DNA from: Spirochaetia bacterium
GTDB lineage: Bacteria; Spirochaetota; Spirochaetia; SZUA-6; Bin103
Assembly (NCBI GenBank): GCA_965203905.1
Contig: CBDBDQ010000003.1
Location: 1 to 64,000, forward strand
Direction of reading: 5' to 3'
Length of the DNA stretch: 64,000 bases
The notes beneath the pieces are model-generated. The model was not told the origin of the DNA and did no database searches. It worked only from the letters and a program-made list of their open reading frames with translations. This document shows positions 21,727-31,908 of this stretch, piece by piece. How positions within the stretch are numbered: position 1 is the first letter of the stretch; each line of letters opens with the position of its first letter. The translations under genes were made by a program, and so were the position numbers.

Positions 21727-23067
21727 ATGACCCGAACCTGGACCATTCGTGCCGTACTGCTGTGCGGCGCCCTGCTGCTGGCGGCGCCGCTGCTGGTGAG
21801 CGCCGCACCGGCCGACGAGGCGCCGGAGGCGGCCAGCGGCGACATGCCCTACGCCGGCCAGTCGATCCGGGTGCTGCACGACAAGCGGCCCAACACCGCC
21901 AACCTGCTGGACCTGCTGCCGGAATTCGAAGAAGCCACCGGCATCTCGGTAACGGTCGACATCATGCCGGAGAGCGAAGTGTTCGCCAAAGAGCAGGTGG
22001 AGCTGAGCCAGCAGGTCGGCACCTACGACGTGATGCAGTACATCTGGCTGTTCCAGCCCGGTTGGGAACGGGCCGGCTGGATGATCGACCTGAACCCCTA
22101 CATCGCGGACGCCGGCAAGAACTTCCCGGGCTGGGCGCGCGCCGACTTCGACGACTCGGTGCTCGGCATCCTGTCGGTGAACGACAAGCAGCTCGGCATC
22201 CCCTTCATCAGCTTCACCAACGGCTTGTTGTACAACGACATCATCTTCAAGAAATACGACGTGGAAGTGCCCACCACGCTGGAGGAGTTCGAAGCCGTGG
22301 CGGCCATGCTGACGCGCGAGGACCCCGAGCTGGGCCAGATCTACGGCTACATGGCGCGCGGTGGGCGGCGCGGCACCGAGGACACCAACTCCTGGATCCA
22401 GGTGCTCAACCTGTTCGGCGGCAAGTTCTTCGACGACGACTGGAACTGCGCCCTGAACGCGCCGGAGGCGGTGGCGTCGCTGGAGTGGTACGTGCGCATG
22501 GTCGAGAACTACGCACCGCCGGGGGCCAAGCGCGCCGGCTGGACCGAGGTGGTGACCGAGTTCACCCAGGGCCGGGTGGCCATGATCATGGAAGGCTTCG
22601 TGGTGTGGGAGCAGTACAACGACCCCGAGCAGTCCAAGATCGCCGGCCACGTCGGCTTGGCGCAGCTTCCCGACAGCCCCGAGCGCGGACTGGCCGTGGG
22701 CGGCGCCTGGGGACTCGGCATCCCCAACACGGCCAAGAACAAGGACGCCGCCTGGCAGTACATCCAGTGGCTGACCAGCACGCCGGTGGCCAGCCGGCTG
22801 TTCCTGGCCACCACCCGCGAGGCCAACCTGGCGGTCTACAGCGTGTCCCCGAACGCGCCCGGCGCCCCGCCCATGAACGACGTGGTCGGCAAGATCTTCG
22901 CCGACACCGACCCCGCGGGGTATCCGCCGATCACCAACTGGAACGAGGTCTCCGACAAGATCGGCCTGATGTTCTCCAACGCCCTTTCGGGCGAAATGGG
23001 CGCGCAGCAGGCGGCCGACGAGGCGTGCGAGGCGATCGATCCGCTCATGGAGAGGGCAGGCTACTGA
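21727..23067 (+). CDS. Sugar ABC transporter substrate-binding protein
   Basis: Signal peptide, EFEEATGISV, LLYN..IF...VPTTLEE, GGAWGLGIP..AKNKDAAWQYIQW; GAGGAGG RBS. Confidence 0.92.
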   Translation: MTRTWTIRAVLLCGALLLAAPLLVSAAPADEAPEAASGDMPYAGQSIRVLHDKRPNTANLLDLLPEFEEATGISVTVDIMPESEVFAKEQVELSQQVGTYDVMQYIWLFQPGWERAGWMIDLNPYIADAGKNFPGWARADFDDSVLGILSVNDKQLGIPFISFTNGLLYNDIIFKKYDVEVPTTLEEFEAVAAMLTREDPELGQIYGYMARGGRRGTEDTNSWIQVLNLFGGKFFDDDWNCALNAPEAVASLEWYVRMVENYAPPGAKRAGWTEVVTEFTQGRVAMIMEGFVVWEQYNDPEQSKIAGHVGLAQLPDSPERGLAVGGAWGLGIPNTAKNKDAAWQYIQWLTSTPVASRLFLATTREANLAVYSVSPNAPGAPPMNDVVGKIFADTDPAGYPPITNWNEVSDKIGLMFSNALSGEMGAQQAADEACEAIDPLMERAGY

Positions 23068-23103
23068 CCCGCCCCGACCGGCTGAGCTACACCGCCTGAG
23101 CGC

Positions 23104-24051
23104 GTGTCAATGCCACGCGCGTCCGGCACCGGCGCCTCCGCCTCGGCGGGGGTTGCCGGTCGCCGCCGGCGGCTGTCCCGGGCCTGGATCCCCTGGCTGC
23201 TGCTGGCCCCGACCCTCGTCGTCCTGGTTCCCTTTCCCATCTACCTGCTGGCGACCATCGTCCGCAACTCGCTGTTCGACTGGACCCTCACCATGCCGTG
23301 GCTGGGCCAGTTGTTCGTGGGGCTGGGCAACTTCAGAACCATCCTCGGTGACGCCGCATCGCTGCAGAGCATACTGACGGCTCTGGTCTTCACCCTCGGC
23401 ACCCTGGCCGCCGAGCTCACGCTGGGCATCGGCGTGGGACACCTGCTGATCCGCGAAACCCGGCTGATGTCGACCCTGCGCGGCTTCATCCTGCTGCCGC
23501 TGGTGATCACCCCGGTGGTGGTCGGCCTGTTGTGGCGGATGATGTACCAGGGGGACCTCGGCATCATCACCTATCTCCTGGGCGTTCTCGGGTTTCCCAA
23601 GATGACCATCCTCGCCCACCTGCAACTGGCGTTGCCGGCGGTGATCGTGGTTTCCATCTGGCAGTATGCTCCGTTCCTGATCCTGGTCACGGTGGCCGGT
23701 CTCAAGGCGCTGCCCACCGAACCGTTCGAGGCGGCGCTGATCGACGGCGCCAGCGGCTGGCAGGTGTTTCGTCTCATCACCATTCCGCTGTTGCGCCCGC
23801 TGCTCTACATCGCGTTGCTGATCCGCTTCATCGATGCATTCAAGCAGTTCGACCTGATCTACATCATGACCGGCGGCGGTCCCGGCATCCGCACGGAAAC
23901 CATCAGCATGCACATCTTTCGCGAGGGTTTCCTGGTGTTCCACATGGGCTACGCCGCGGCGCTGACCATCGTCCTGATCTTCGTGGTCAACCTGTTCGCG
24001 ATCCTCTACTTCACCACCGCCGCCCGCGGCACGAGGACCGGTGTGACGTGA
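23104..24051 (+). CDS. Carbohydrate ABC transporter permease
   Basis: FVGLGNF and EAALIDGASGWQVFRLITIPLLRP (EAA motif). Confidence 0.93.
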   Translation: MSMPRASGTGASASAGVAGRRRRLSRAWIPWLLLAPTLVVLVPFPIYLLATIVRNSLFDWTLTMPWLGQLFVGLGNFRTILGDAASLQSILTALVFTLGTLAAELTLGIGVGHLLIRETRLMSTLRGFILLPLVITPVVVGLLWRMMYQGDLGIITYLLGVLGFPKMTILAHLQLALPAVIVVSIWQYAPFLILVTVAGLKALPTEPFEAALIDGASGWQVFRLITIPLLRPLLYIALLIRFIDAFKQFDLIYIMTGGGPGIRTETISMHIFREGFLVFHMGYAAALTIVLIFVVNLFAILYFTTAARGTRTGVT

Positions 24052-24878
24052 TTCACCGCGCTTCCAGCCGCCCCGGTCAGTGGTTTCGCGGCACCGCCAT
24101 CGTCCTGGTGATGGTGTTCTTCATGTTCCCGATCGCGTGGCTGTTCATGACCGCGTTCAAGACCCCCATCGACGCGTTCTCGATACCGCCGAAGGTGTTC
24201 TTCGCACCTACCTGGGACAACTTCGTGGCCGTGTTCCGGCAGCACAACTTCTTTCTCTACTACCGCAACACGGTGGTGATCGCGGTCGTCTCGACGCTGC
24301 TCTCCATGCTCGCCGGGACGCTGGGAGCCTACGCCCTGTCGCGCTTCGAGTTCCGCGGCAAGGGGGCGGTGGCCGGGCTCATCCTGGGCAGCCGCTTCGC
24401 GCCGCCGATCGCCATCATCCTGCCGGTGTTCGTGCTGGTGCGCGACCTGAAGCTGCTCGATACCTATTACCCGCTGATCGCCCTCTATACGCTGGCGAAC
24501 CTGTCGTTCGTGGTGTGGCTGATGCGTTCCTTCTTCGACGACGTACCGATCGAGATCGACGAGTCGGCGCGCGTGGACGGCTGCACCACCCTGGGGATTC
24601 TGTGGCGCATGGTGCTGCCGCTGGCGCGCGGCGGACTGGCGACCACCGCCATCTTCTGCACCATCCTGTCCTGGAACGAGTTCCTGTGGGCGCTGCTGCT
24701 CACCTACGGCAACGCCACCACGCTGCCGGTCACCATGAACGCCTTCATCATGGAGAGCGGCATCGCCTGGGGCCAGATGGCCGCCGCCTCGGCCCTGGTG
24801 ACCGTGCCCCTGCTGGCGTTCGCGCTGCTCATCCAGAAGCAGTTCATCCGCGGCCTCACCTTCGGCGCCGTCAAATGA
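24048..24878 (+). CDS. Carbohydrate ABC transporter permease
   Basis: GTGA overlap with the previous gene; ESARVDGC, WNEFLWAL, FIRGLTFGAVK. Confidence 0.92.
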   Translation: MIHRASSRPGQWFRGTAIVLVMVFFMFPIAWLFMTAFKTPIDAFSIPPKVFFAPTWDNFVAVFRQHNFFLYYRNTVVIAVVSTLLSMLAGTLGAYALSRFEFRGKGAVAGLILGSRFAPPIAIILPVFVLVRDLKLLDTYYPLIALYTLANLSFVVWLMRSFFDDVPIEIDESARVDGCTTLGILWRMVLPLARGGLATTAIFCTILSWNEFLWALLLTYGNATTLPVTMNAFIMESGIAWGQMAAASALVTVPLLAFALLIQKQFIRGLTFGAVK

Positions 24879-24894
24879 CGGATTAGCCTGCGGA

Positions 24895-26001
24895 CTAGAC
24901 CTCCGGCGGTACGACGCCCAGGGTTTCCGCGACCCGTGCGGTGCGCTCCCAGTTGGCTTCTTCGATGGCGACGGTGTCCGTGTGCCGGGCCGCGCTGCGC
25001 GCCTCCAGCTCGCCCGGGTAGAGGATCTCGTCGTGGCCGTCCATCAGCCGCGCCGACTTGACGTGCGGAACCAGGGCGCCCACCTCGCGCCGGTAGAACT
25101 CCTCGCCGCAGAACGCGGCCGGGTCCAGAAACAGGGCCAGGAAGCCGTTGGCCACCCGCTCGATGCCCGTGGTGCTGCAGCCGGCGCCGGTCAGGGCGCC
25201 CGCCAGCACGTCGCCGAACATGGCCAGGCAGTAGCCCTTGTGGCCGCCGAAGGGCAGCAGGGCGCCGCCGCGGTAGTCGGCCGGGTCGGTGGAGGGCTGT
25301 CCCTGGGCGTTCACCAGGTGGCCCGGTGCCAGTTGCTCGCCGCGCGCGGCGGCGACGTCGACCTTGCCGGCGGCGATGGAGGAGGTGGCGATGTCCATCA
25401 TCAATGGCGCGGTCGGCGTGGCGGGGGCGGCGCCTGGTGCAGTGTCCGCGGACCCGGCGGAGGACGCGGCGTCCGTGGACGCAGAGGCGGCCGCGGGCAG
25501 CGGGGCGCCGGCTGCCAGCGGGTTGGCCCCGAGACGGCGCTCGGCGCCACCGAAGGGCGCGGTCACCAGCCCGCCGCCGTGGGTGTTGGTAAACGAGAAG
25601 CACACCAGTCCCGCGGCCGCCGCCTGCTCCATGAACTCGCCCATGCGGCCCAGGTGTCCGGAGCGCTTGATGGTCAGCACGCAGTGGCCGTCGCGCGCCT
25701 GCTCGATCGCCCAGTCGGTCGCCAGCCGCCCCACGTACTGGCCGAAGCCGAAGTGGCCGTCCACCTGCACCACGTGCGGCCGGTCGCCGTAACGTTCCGG
25801 CTCGCCTGCCGGCCGCGTCCAGCCGCGGTCGATCCAGTCGCAGTACTGGCTGACACGGATGAAGCCGTGCGAAGCATGGCCGCGCTGGTTGGACAGCACC
25901 AGCGACTCGGCCACCACGTCCGCGATGTGCTCCGGTGTGCCCTTGGCCCGCAGGATGGCGGCCACGTAGCCGCGCAGGGCAGCGACGCCGCACGCTACCA
26001 T
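24895..26001 (-). CDS. Ldh_2 family (type 2 malate/L-lactate dehydrogenase-like) oxidoreductase
   Basis: GHASHGFIR, HLGRMG, GANPLA, MDIATS, PFGGHKGY, YPGE motifs. Confidence 0.9.
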   Translation of the reverse strand: MVACGVAALRGYVAAILRAKGTPEHIADVVAESLVLSNQRGHASHGFIRVSQYCDWIDRGWTRPAGEPERYGDRPHVVQVDGHFGFGQYVGRLATDWAIEQARDGHCVLTIKRSGHLGRMGEFMEQAAAAGLVCFSFTNTHGGGLVTAPFGGAERRLGANPLAAGAPLPAAASASTDAASSAGSADTAPGAAPATPTAPLMMDIATSSIAAGKVDVAAARGEQLAPGHLVNAQGQPSTDPADYRGGALLPFGGHKGYCLAMFGDVLAGALTGAGCSTTGIERVANGFLALFLDPAAFCGEEFYRREVGALVPHVKSARLMDGHDEILYPGELEARSAARHTDTVAIEEANWERTARVAETLGVVPPEV

Positions 26002-26003
26002 CG

Positions 26004-26765
26004 TCAGGCGGGGCGCGCCGGTGGCGGCGCCAGGCGGTTGAACCCCATCGTGTCGCTGCCGTGGATCACCTGCAGGGTGTGATCCTCCGAGTCGTACTCC
26101 AGCACCTTGACGATGGGGATGATCGCCCGTACCGCCAGCCCGATGCGGCGCAGGTCCGAGTGGTTGGCCTCCGAGTGGTGCAGGGTGCGTTCGTTGAACA
26201 GGATGAACTCGCCCGGCTGCATCTCCAGGTCGGTGAGGTCGCGCGCATCGTAGTAGCCGGCGTCGGCCATCTCGTTGAACTGCACGTCGGGGGTGGCCTC
26301 GATGTGCGGGACGATGCTGCGGTGGGAGCCGGGGATCACCTGCAGGTTGCCGTTCTGCCGGGTGGAGGGATCCACCGCGATCCAGGCGGAGACGATCACC
26401 GGTGGCTCCAGCGGCCAGTAGTTGAAGTCCTGGTGCCAGGGGATCGCCTTGCTGCCGCGGTTCTTGACGAAGAAATTGGTGCGCCACAGCAGCAGGTCCG
26501 GTCCGTACAGGCAGGCCATGCGCTCCACGATCTCCGGACGGGTGGCCAGGTCGTACACGGCGCGGCTGTCCAGGTGACGGTTGTGCACGTGGTTCCCGCG
26601 CCCCGGTTCGCTGTCCAGGACCTGCTCGATGGCGGGACGCACCTCCGCCATCTCGGCGGGGGAGCACAGCGTATAGGGACCGAGATACCCGTCGCGGCGA
26701 AACCGCGCCATCTCGGCGGCGGACAGTGCGGCGGTTTCCGTAGTCGGTGCTAGCGGTGTCGCCAT
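26004..26765 (-). CDS. Phytanoyl-CoA dioxygenase (PhyH) family protein
   Basis: F.RDGY, PWHQD.NYW, SAWIA.D...NGNLQVIPGSH, LHHSEAN.S..RR. Confidence 0.92.
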   Translation of the reverse strand: MATPLAPTTETAALSAAEMARFRRDGYLGPYTLCSPAEMAEVRPAIEQVLDSEPGRGNHVHNRHLDSRAVYDLATRPEIVERMACLYGPDLLLWRTNFFVKNRGSKAIPWHQDFNYWPLEPPVIVSAWIAVDPSTRQNGNLQVIPGSHRSIVPHIEATPDVQFNEMADAGYYDARDLTDLEMQPGEFILFNERTLHHSEANHSDLRRIGLAVRAIIPIVKVLEYDSEDHTLQVIHGSDTMGFNRLAPPPARPA

Positions 26766-26810
26766 TGCTGCTCCTCGTTCTCCATGGTGTAACGCTGGGC
26801 CACCAATAGG

Positions 26811-27665
26811 TTACTGCTCGGCCTCGATCCAGTCCGAGCCCTGGGCCTGCAGCCGGTCGCGGAGGTCCGCTTCGAGCCGTTGCACCACCGCGGCGGAATT
26901 GGTGGCGGCCGCGCCGCGGTCGGCGACCAGGTTGTGGCCGGTAACGGCGGCCGATTCGTCCGAGGCGAGAAACAGCAGCACCTCGGCGACCTGCTCGGGC
27001 AGGGCCGGGCTGCCGAGCGGATAGAGGTGCTGCTGGCGGCGCACCTCGGCCGGGTTGTGCTCCAGCATGGCGAGCTTCTTCTCCGTGAGCATGCGTGCCG
27101 GGCAGACCACGTTGGCGCGGATCCCTTGCGGGCCGTAGGCCGCTGCCAGGTGCTGGGTGAAGCTGATCATCCCCGCCTTGGCCGGGCCGTACGAGGAGAT
27201 GCCCGTGTTGCCGAACAGCGCCGTGTTGGACGACACGTTGACGATGCTGCCGCCGCCCTGGCGGATCATCATCGGAATCACCTGTTGGCAGAACAGGAAG
27301 GGAGCGGTCAGGTGGCAGAAGATGCCCTCTTCCCAGTCCTGCAGGCGGACCTCGTCGATACGTCCTCCGGGGTTGTCGATGATGGCGTTGTTCACCAGCA
27401 CGTCGATGCGCTCGTGGCGTTGCAGGGTGAACTGCACCAGATCGTTGATGTCGTCCCGGTTCATGACGTCGCACACGCGGTAGTCGATCTGACCGTTCAG
27501 CCCCCGCGCCTGATGCAGCACCGCCTCGGCGTGCGCAGGCGTACGTCCGCGGTCGCAGATGACCACCGTGGCGCCCTCGCGCGCGAACAGCAGAGCCGCA
27601 GCCTTGCCCAGTCCCAGGGTGGCGCCGGTGATGATTGCGACCTTCCCCTCCAGTCTCCCAGCCAT
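26811..27665 (-). CDS. SDR family oxidoreductase
   Basis: TGATLGLG, DVLVNNA, YGPAKAG (YxxxK), IRANVVCP. Confidence 0.93.
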   Translation of the reverse strand: MAGRLEGKVAIITGATLGLGKAAALLFAREGATVVICDRGRTPAHAEAVLHQARGLNGQIDYRVCDVMNRDDINDLVQFTLQRHERIDVLVNNAIIDNPGGRIDEVRLQDWEEGIFCHLTAPFLFCQQVIPMMIRQGGGSIVNVSSNTALFGNTGISSYGPAKAGMISFTQHLAAAYGPQGIRANVVCPARMLTEKKLAMLEHNPAEVRRQQHLYPLGSPALPEQVAEVLLFLASDESAAVTGHNLVADRGAAATNSAAVVQRLEADLRDRLQAQGSDWIEAEQ

Positions 27666-27684
27666 TCGAACTACCGGGCCGTTC

Positions 27685-27997
27685 CTACTCCTGCTCGGCC
27701 TTCTGGATGAACTTCTGCTTTGCGTAGTCGCTCACGCCCTCGGCGGCCTTGGCCGCCTGCTCCCACTCCCCCCGTTTCTCGTGGTAGTGCATCGCCTTGT
27801 AGGATTCGGGATCCTCGGCCAGCTCGCCGGTGGTGCCGATGCTCGGCGAGGCGAAGCTGTGGGTAGCGTAGTCGCGCGGCGCTGAGGCGCCGCAGGAAGG
27901 GCACCGCGTTGCGCGTCACCTCGTCGCTGTTGACGTTGAGCAGCAGCTTTTCGAACACCTGCTCGCAGGCACTGCATCGATAGACATATACCGGCAT
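27685..27997 (-). CDS. FmdB family zinc-ribbon protein, frameshifted near 27910
   Basis: MPVYVYRCSACEQVFE... continues in another frame as RCPSCG...YHEKRGEWEQAAKAAEGVSDYAKQKFIQKAEQE*, which restores the second CxxC. Confidence 0.8.
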
Positions 27998-28206
27998 GAT
28001 TCCAAACCTGTATTCGAACGTACGGCAGCCTACCACGGCCCCGCTGCGTGCGTCAGCGCACCCGCCACCGCCGAGTCATACGGTCACACGCGAGGACTAT
28101 CCCGCGCTGCGCGACAAGCCGGGCGGCAAATAGACAGTTGCTCCCGCTGCCCTCGGACCGACGCCCGACGGCCCAACCGCCCAACTCGCACCCCGGCGAG
28201 CGCCGT

Positions 28207-29566
28207 TCACGTGGCCCCGTCTGGCGGCGGCGCGTACTCCCGATGCCGGAAACGGTGGTGCGCAGCACAATGGAGCCTCAAGTTCGGTGGCTCGGCGCTG
28301 CCGCCGAGCGCGAAGGGAACGATGTGGTCAAGCTCCAGCAGGAAGCGGGACCCGCAGCGCCGCCCACTGTGCGGATCGACGTAACTGCAGCAGCCACCGT
28401 CGCGGCGCCACACCTCGCGCTTCACTGGTGCCGGGATGTAGCGGGATCGGCGCGCCCGGTGGGGCGGCTGCGCGCTGCCTCCGGACGGGCCGGATGCCTC
28501 AGGCTGCGGCCGCGAACGGCCATCGAGCTGCGCCGCCCCTGCACGCTGCGCCGTTCCTACCCGCTTCGCTGGCGAAGGAGCGTTGCGACCGCGATCCGCC
28601 GCTGCCCGCGCGGTCGGCCTGCTCTGGTCTGCCGGCGGCGTCGGTACGGTGGCGTGGGATCCGCAACCAGCCGCCAGCTTCGCCGCCGAAGGAGTGGTGC
28701 CGGGCGCTGCCACCGCTGGCTTGGCACGCACCGGGGTGCTGCTGCCGCAAGTCTCGCGCCCCGACGGCGGCGCGGACAGCGCTGCCACCGCCGAGGTGCT
28801 GCCACCGGCGCTCGTGCCGTCCGGCGCCGGCACTCCGGGTTGCTCTTGCGCAACCCGCTTCGCCGGCGAAGTCGCCCCGTCTGCCGGCCCTTGCTGCGCT
28901 TTCGGCTCCGGCGCCTGGCCCGCGCTTGCCTCCCGGGGTCCACCCCGGCGCCCGCGTGGCGGCCGCCCCGGGTCGTAGCGCTGCAGGCCGTCCTGCACCA
29001 GCCGCTCCACCAGCTGCCCCAGCGTCAGGTGCGGGTCCACGTGCGACAGCAGCGCCCGTAGCTGCTCGATCCCACCCTGACAGGCAGAGTCGATCACCAC
29101 CTTCAGCTCCCAGCGGCCGTCGCCCAGCGCCCGCATGCGATCGGCCGGCCGCGCCAGCTCGGGAGCCACCCCGGCCAACAACTGCTTCACCTCGCGGGTG
29201 CTCTTGCCGCTCGCCTGCGCCACCAGCTCCTGCCGCTGCGCCGCGTCCAGCGCCGGCACCGGTCGCGCTGGCGCTGCTGCCGCGGCCCCCAAAGCCCCCG
29301 CCTCCGGCGCCGGCCCCGTGGCGAGCGGCAGCAGCTCCGGTGCCGCGGGTGCCGAGCCGGGGTCCGCGACGGCGGTCGCCGTGCGCTGCAGGAGATCGAA
29401 GGTGTTCTGCAACTGCGCCGCCGCGCTCAGGGAGAGCGAGCCGTCCTGCAGCCGCTCGCGGGTCCCGGCGGTATCGGAGCACAGGCGCATGGCTTTGATA
29501 CGGCGCCACGCGGCACCTTCGCTGTAGCCCAGCTCGCGCACGGCGTAGTCGAACAGGCTACTAAAA
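28207..29566 (-). pseudogene. HNH endonuclease (DUF222-like N-terminus, long Ala/Pro linker), 5'-truncated at the integrative-element junction
   Basis: FSSLFDYAVRELGYSEGAAWRRIKAMRL and C-terminal RYIPAPVKREVWRRDGGCC...C...DHIVPFALGG...NLRLHCAAHH. Sequence upstream of FSS switches abruptly to AT-rich non-homologous DNA. Confidence 0.8.
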
Positions 29567-29729
29567 TGGTGTTTCCACTTGTTCCACAATGTTTTGTTAA
29601 GTAACCCAATTACAATCATTTAACATCAATCACCTGTCCCTTGACGTTTCATCGTATCCTGCATATTTTCATACATATGGTGCTACCGTAAGTGATAACC
29701 AGCCACCACCGCAACTCAGGGCCGCGACC

Positions 29730-30908
29730 ATGCCTCAGACACGTCCGAAGAGACTGAGCGCTTCCTTCGTCCGCACCGTCAAGCAACCCGGCCGCTACGG
29801 CGACGGCCACGGCGGGCACGGCCTGAGCCTCCTGGTGAAGCCGCGTGCGCACGGCGGCGTGGCCAAGTCATGGAGCCAGCGTCTGCGTATCAACGGCAAG
29901 CCATGCAACATCGGCCTTGGCCCGTTCCCCATCGTCAATCTGGCCGAAGCCCGGGAGGCGGCGCTGGAGAACGCACGGGCCGTCTACCAGGGGCACGACC
30001 CGAGGCAGGGATCCGCCACACCGAGCTTCGACAAGGCGGCTGAGATTGTCGTAGAGATGCACGCCAGCACTTGGCGCAATCCGCGTACCGCCGACATCTG
30101 GCGTTCATCGTTCAGGCGGTTCGTCTCTCCGCTGATCGGGAGCAAACCGATCGGCGCCGTCACCAGCGCTGACATTCTGTCCGTGCTGACGCCGATCTGG
30201 AACGGTGGGAAGCAAGAGACGGCGAGGCGGCTGCGGCATCGGATCGGCGCGGTGATGCGGTGGTCGATTGGCGCCGGGCACCGGAGTGACAATCCGGCCG
30301 GAGACGCCGTTTCGCAGGTGCTGCCAAAGAACGGGACTGCACCGAGGAGACACCGGCGGGCGCTTCATCATCGAGAGGTGGCGAGTGCGCTGGCCAAGAT
30401 TCGGGCGTCCAACGCCTGGGCAGCGACCAAGCTGCTGCTGGAGTACACGATCTTGACGGCAGCTCGATCCGGAGAGGCTCGACTTGCTACTTGGAGCGAG
30501 GTGGATCTTCATGCTGGGGTCTGGACCTTACCTGCAGAGAGAATGAAATCCGGTCGTGAGCATCGGGTACCGCTGTCAACGCGGGCGCTTGAGTTGCTGA
30601 TCGAAGCGCAGAAGCTGTCGGATGGCTCGGGCCTTCTGTTTCCGTCGCCGACCGGCAAGGCGCTGAGTAGCGTGACGACAAGATCGCTGTTGAATGGGTC
30701 GGGCATCGACGCCACGGTGCACGGGTTCCGTACGTCGTTCCGGTCCTGGTGCGCGGAGAACGACGAATCGAGGGAGTTGGCCGAGGCGGCGCTTGCGCAT
30801 GTTGTCGCCGGTGTCGAAGGCGCCTACATGCGCTCCGACCTGTTCGAGCGGCGCCGCAGATTGATGCAGGCGTGGGCGGACTACTTGGGATGTTCAGGGG
30901 CGGGCTGA
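29730..30908 (+). CDS. int: P4-like tyrosine integrase with arm-DNA-binding domain
   Basis: YGDG.G..GLSLLV...KSW......G....IGLGPFP.V.LAEAR; catalytic ARSGE, RMK, HGFRTSF, LAH, AY.RSD. Confidence 0.95.
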   Translation: MPQTRPKRLSASFVRTVKQPGRYGDGHGGHGLSLLVKPRAHGGVAKSWSQRLRINGKPCNIGLGPFPIVNLAEAREAALENARAVYQGHDPRQGSATPSFDKAAEIVVEMHASTWRNPRTADIWRSSFRRFVSPLIGSKPIGAVTSADILSVLTPIWNGGKQETARRLRHRIGAVMRWSIGAGHRSDNPAGDAVSQVLPKNGTAPRRHRRALHHREVASALAKIRASNAWAATKLLLEYTILTAARSGEARLATWSEVDLHAGVWTLPAERMKSGREHRVPLSTRALELLIEAQKLSDGSGLLFPSPTGKALSSVTTRSLLNGSGIDATVHGFRTSFRSWCAENDESRELAEAALAHVVAGVEGAYMRSDLFERRRRLMQAWADYLGCSGAG

Positions 30909-31048
30909 CGCGGGTGCAACCGGTGTCGCCATCCTATACGAAAGCACAGTTACGTGTTGACTATCCACGATGTGGAATGTACCGTTGAACGCATGAAATA
31001 CACCGAACTGTGTTACTTGAGCCAGGCGTCCTACTGGGACGATTGGTT

Positions 31049-31285
31049 ATGCGAAAACAATTCCGTTTCGACCGGTCGACAGAATCGGTCTTAGGTTCCT
31101 CTCTCGTTATCTTGCGCACGCGAGATGTGCTGGCGCTGCTTGGCATATCACGCACAACATTGTGGCGACGCGTCCAATCTGGTGACTTCCCGGCGCCTGT
31201 CCGGCTCGGGGGCGAGGGGTCACGCGCCGTCGGCTGGCGACGTGAGGATGTGGAGCAGTGGTTGGCAGCGCTGCCGAAGGCGTAA
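31049..31285 (+). CDS. alpA: AlpA family regulator / recombination directionality factor
   Basis: ILRTRDVLALLGISRTTLWRRVQSGDFPAPVRLG...AVGWRREDVEQWL. Confidence 0.9.
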   Translation: MRKQFRFDRSTESVLGSSLVILRTRDVLALLGISRTTLWRRVQSGDFPAPVRLGGEGSRAVGWRREDVEQWLAALPKA

Positions 31286-31908
31286 GCCGTCTCTCGGAGC
31301 GCACCAAGACGGAAGGGCCGGCCCTTGGTTGGTGAGCTGGTCGCATGAGCGAGACCAAGCAAGCGCTCGTGGGGCGCATCTTCTGGTAATCAGCCGTCAG
31401 ACGTATGTGTCGTATCGCTTCCGGATCTTGGACCGATTGACGGAATTGAACAGGTACTTGAGATAGGGAAGGGCATCGGCGAACCGTTGCGCGCCCCACT
31501 CGTCGCTCTCATCCCTGATGATGCAAAGGAGGCGCTCGACCTCCTCCTGGAACGCCTCGTGGAATCCAGGGTGAACCTGTCCATCGTCATCGAGAATGCT
31601 ACCGCGACTGCTGCGAGCCGCTCGTCGGTAACCGGTTCATCCACTTCACGCACGTCGCGAAGGTGGCAGGATTTGGAACGATTAGTCAAGACCTGGCTGC
31701 TCGCCGCTTGACTGGCCGGTCAAATCGATCACAGACGAGGCGTGAGCGAGGACGAACGGAAGGCCATCATTGAGAAGCTGCGGTCTCACCGGCATCGCGT
31801 CTAGGCGGAGCAGAGCACCTGTTGCCGCCAATCGCGCAGGATCGAGGTGACCGCGATCTTCGGTGGCTGCCGCCCCAGGGCCTGATCGATAGTGAATGGG
31901 GGTTCCCC

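Noticed and set aside
19657-22650. 997-aa ORF (and 859-aa ORF 24895-27474) as single fusion proteins
   Set aside because: Only the C-terminal parts are real genes; the rest overlaps other genes in shadow frames.
21727-24878. Missing ATPase in the ABC cluster
   Set aside because: Common for carbohydrate ABC systems that share an MsiK-like ATPase.
27900-27920. ACGCG-CA-ACGCG as a transposon excision footprint in fmdB
   Set aside because: A single-base insertion explains the frameshift equally well.
29567-29619. N-terminal MIVIGLLNKTLWNKWKHH as the real HNH start
   Set aside because: AT-rich element DNA fortuitously in frame; not homologous to the family N-terminus.
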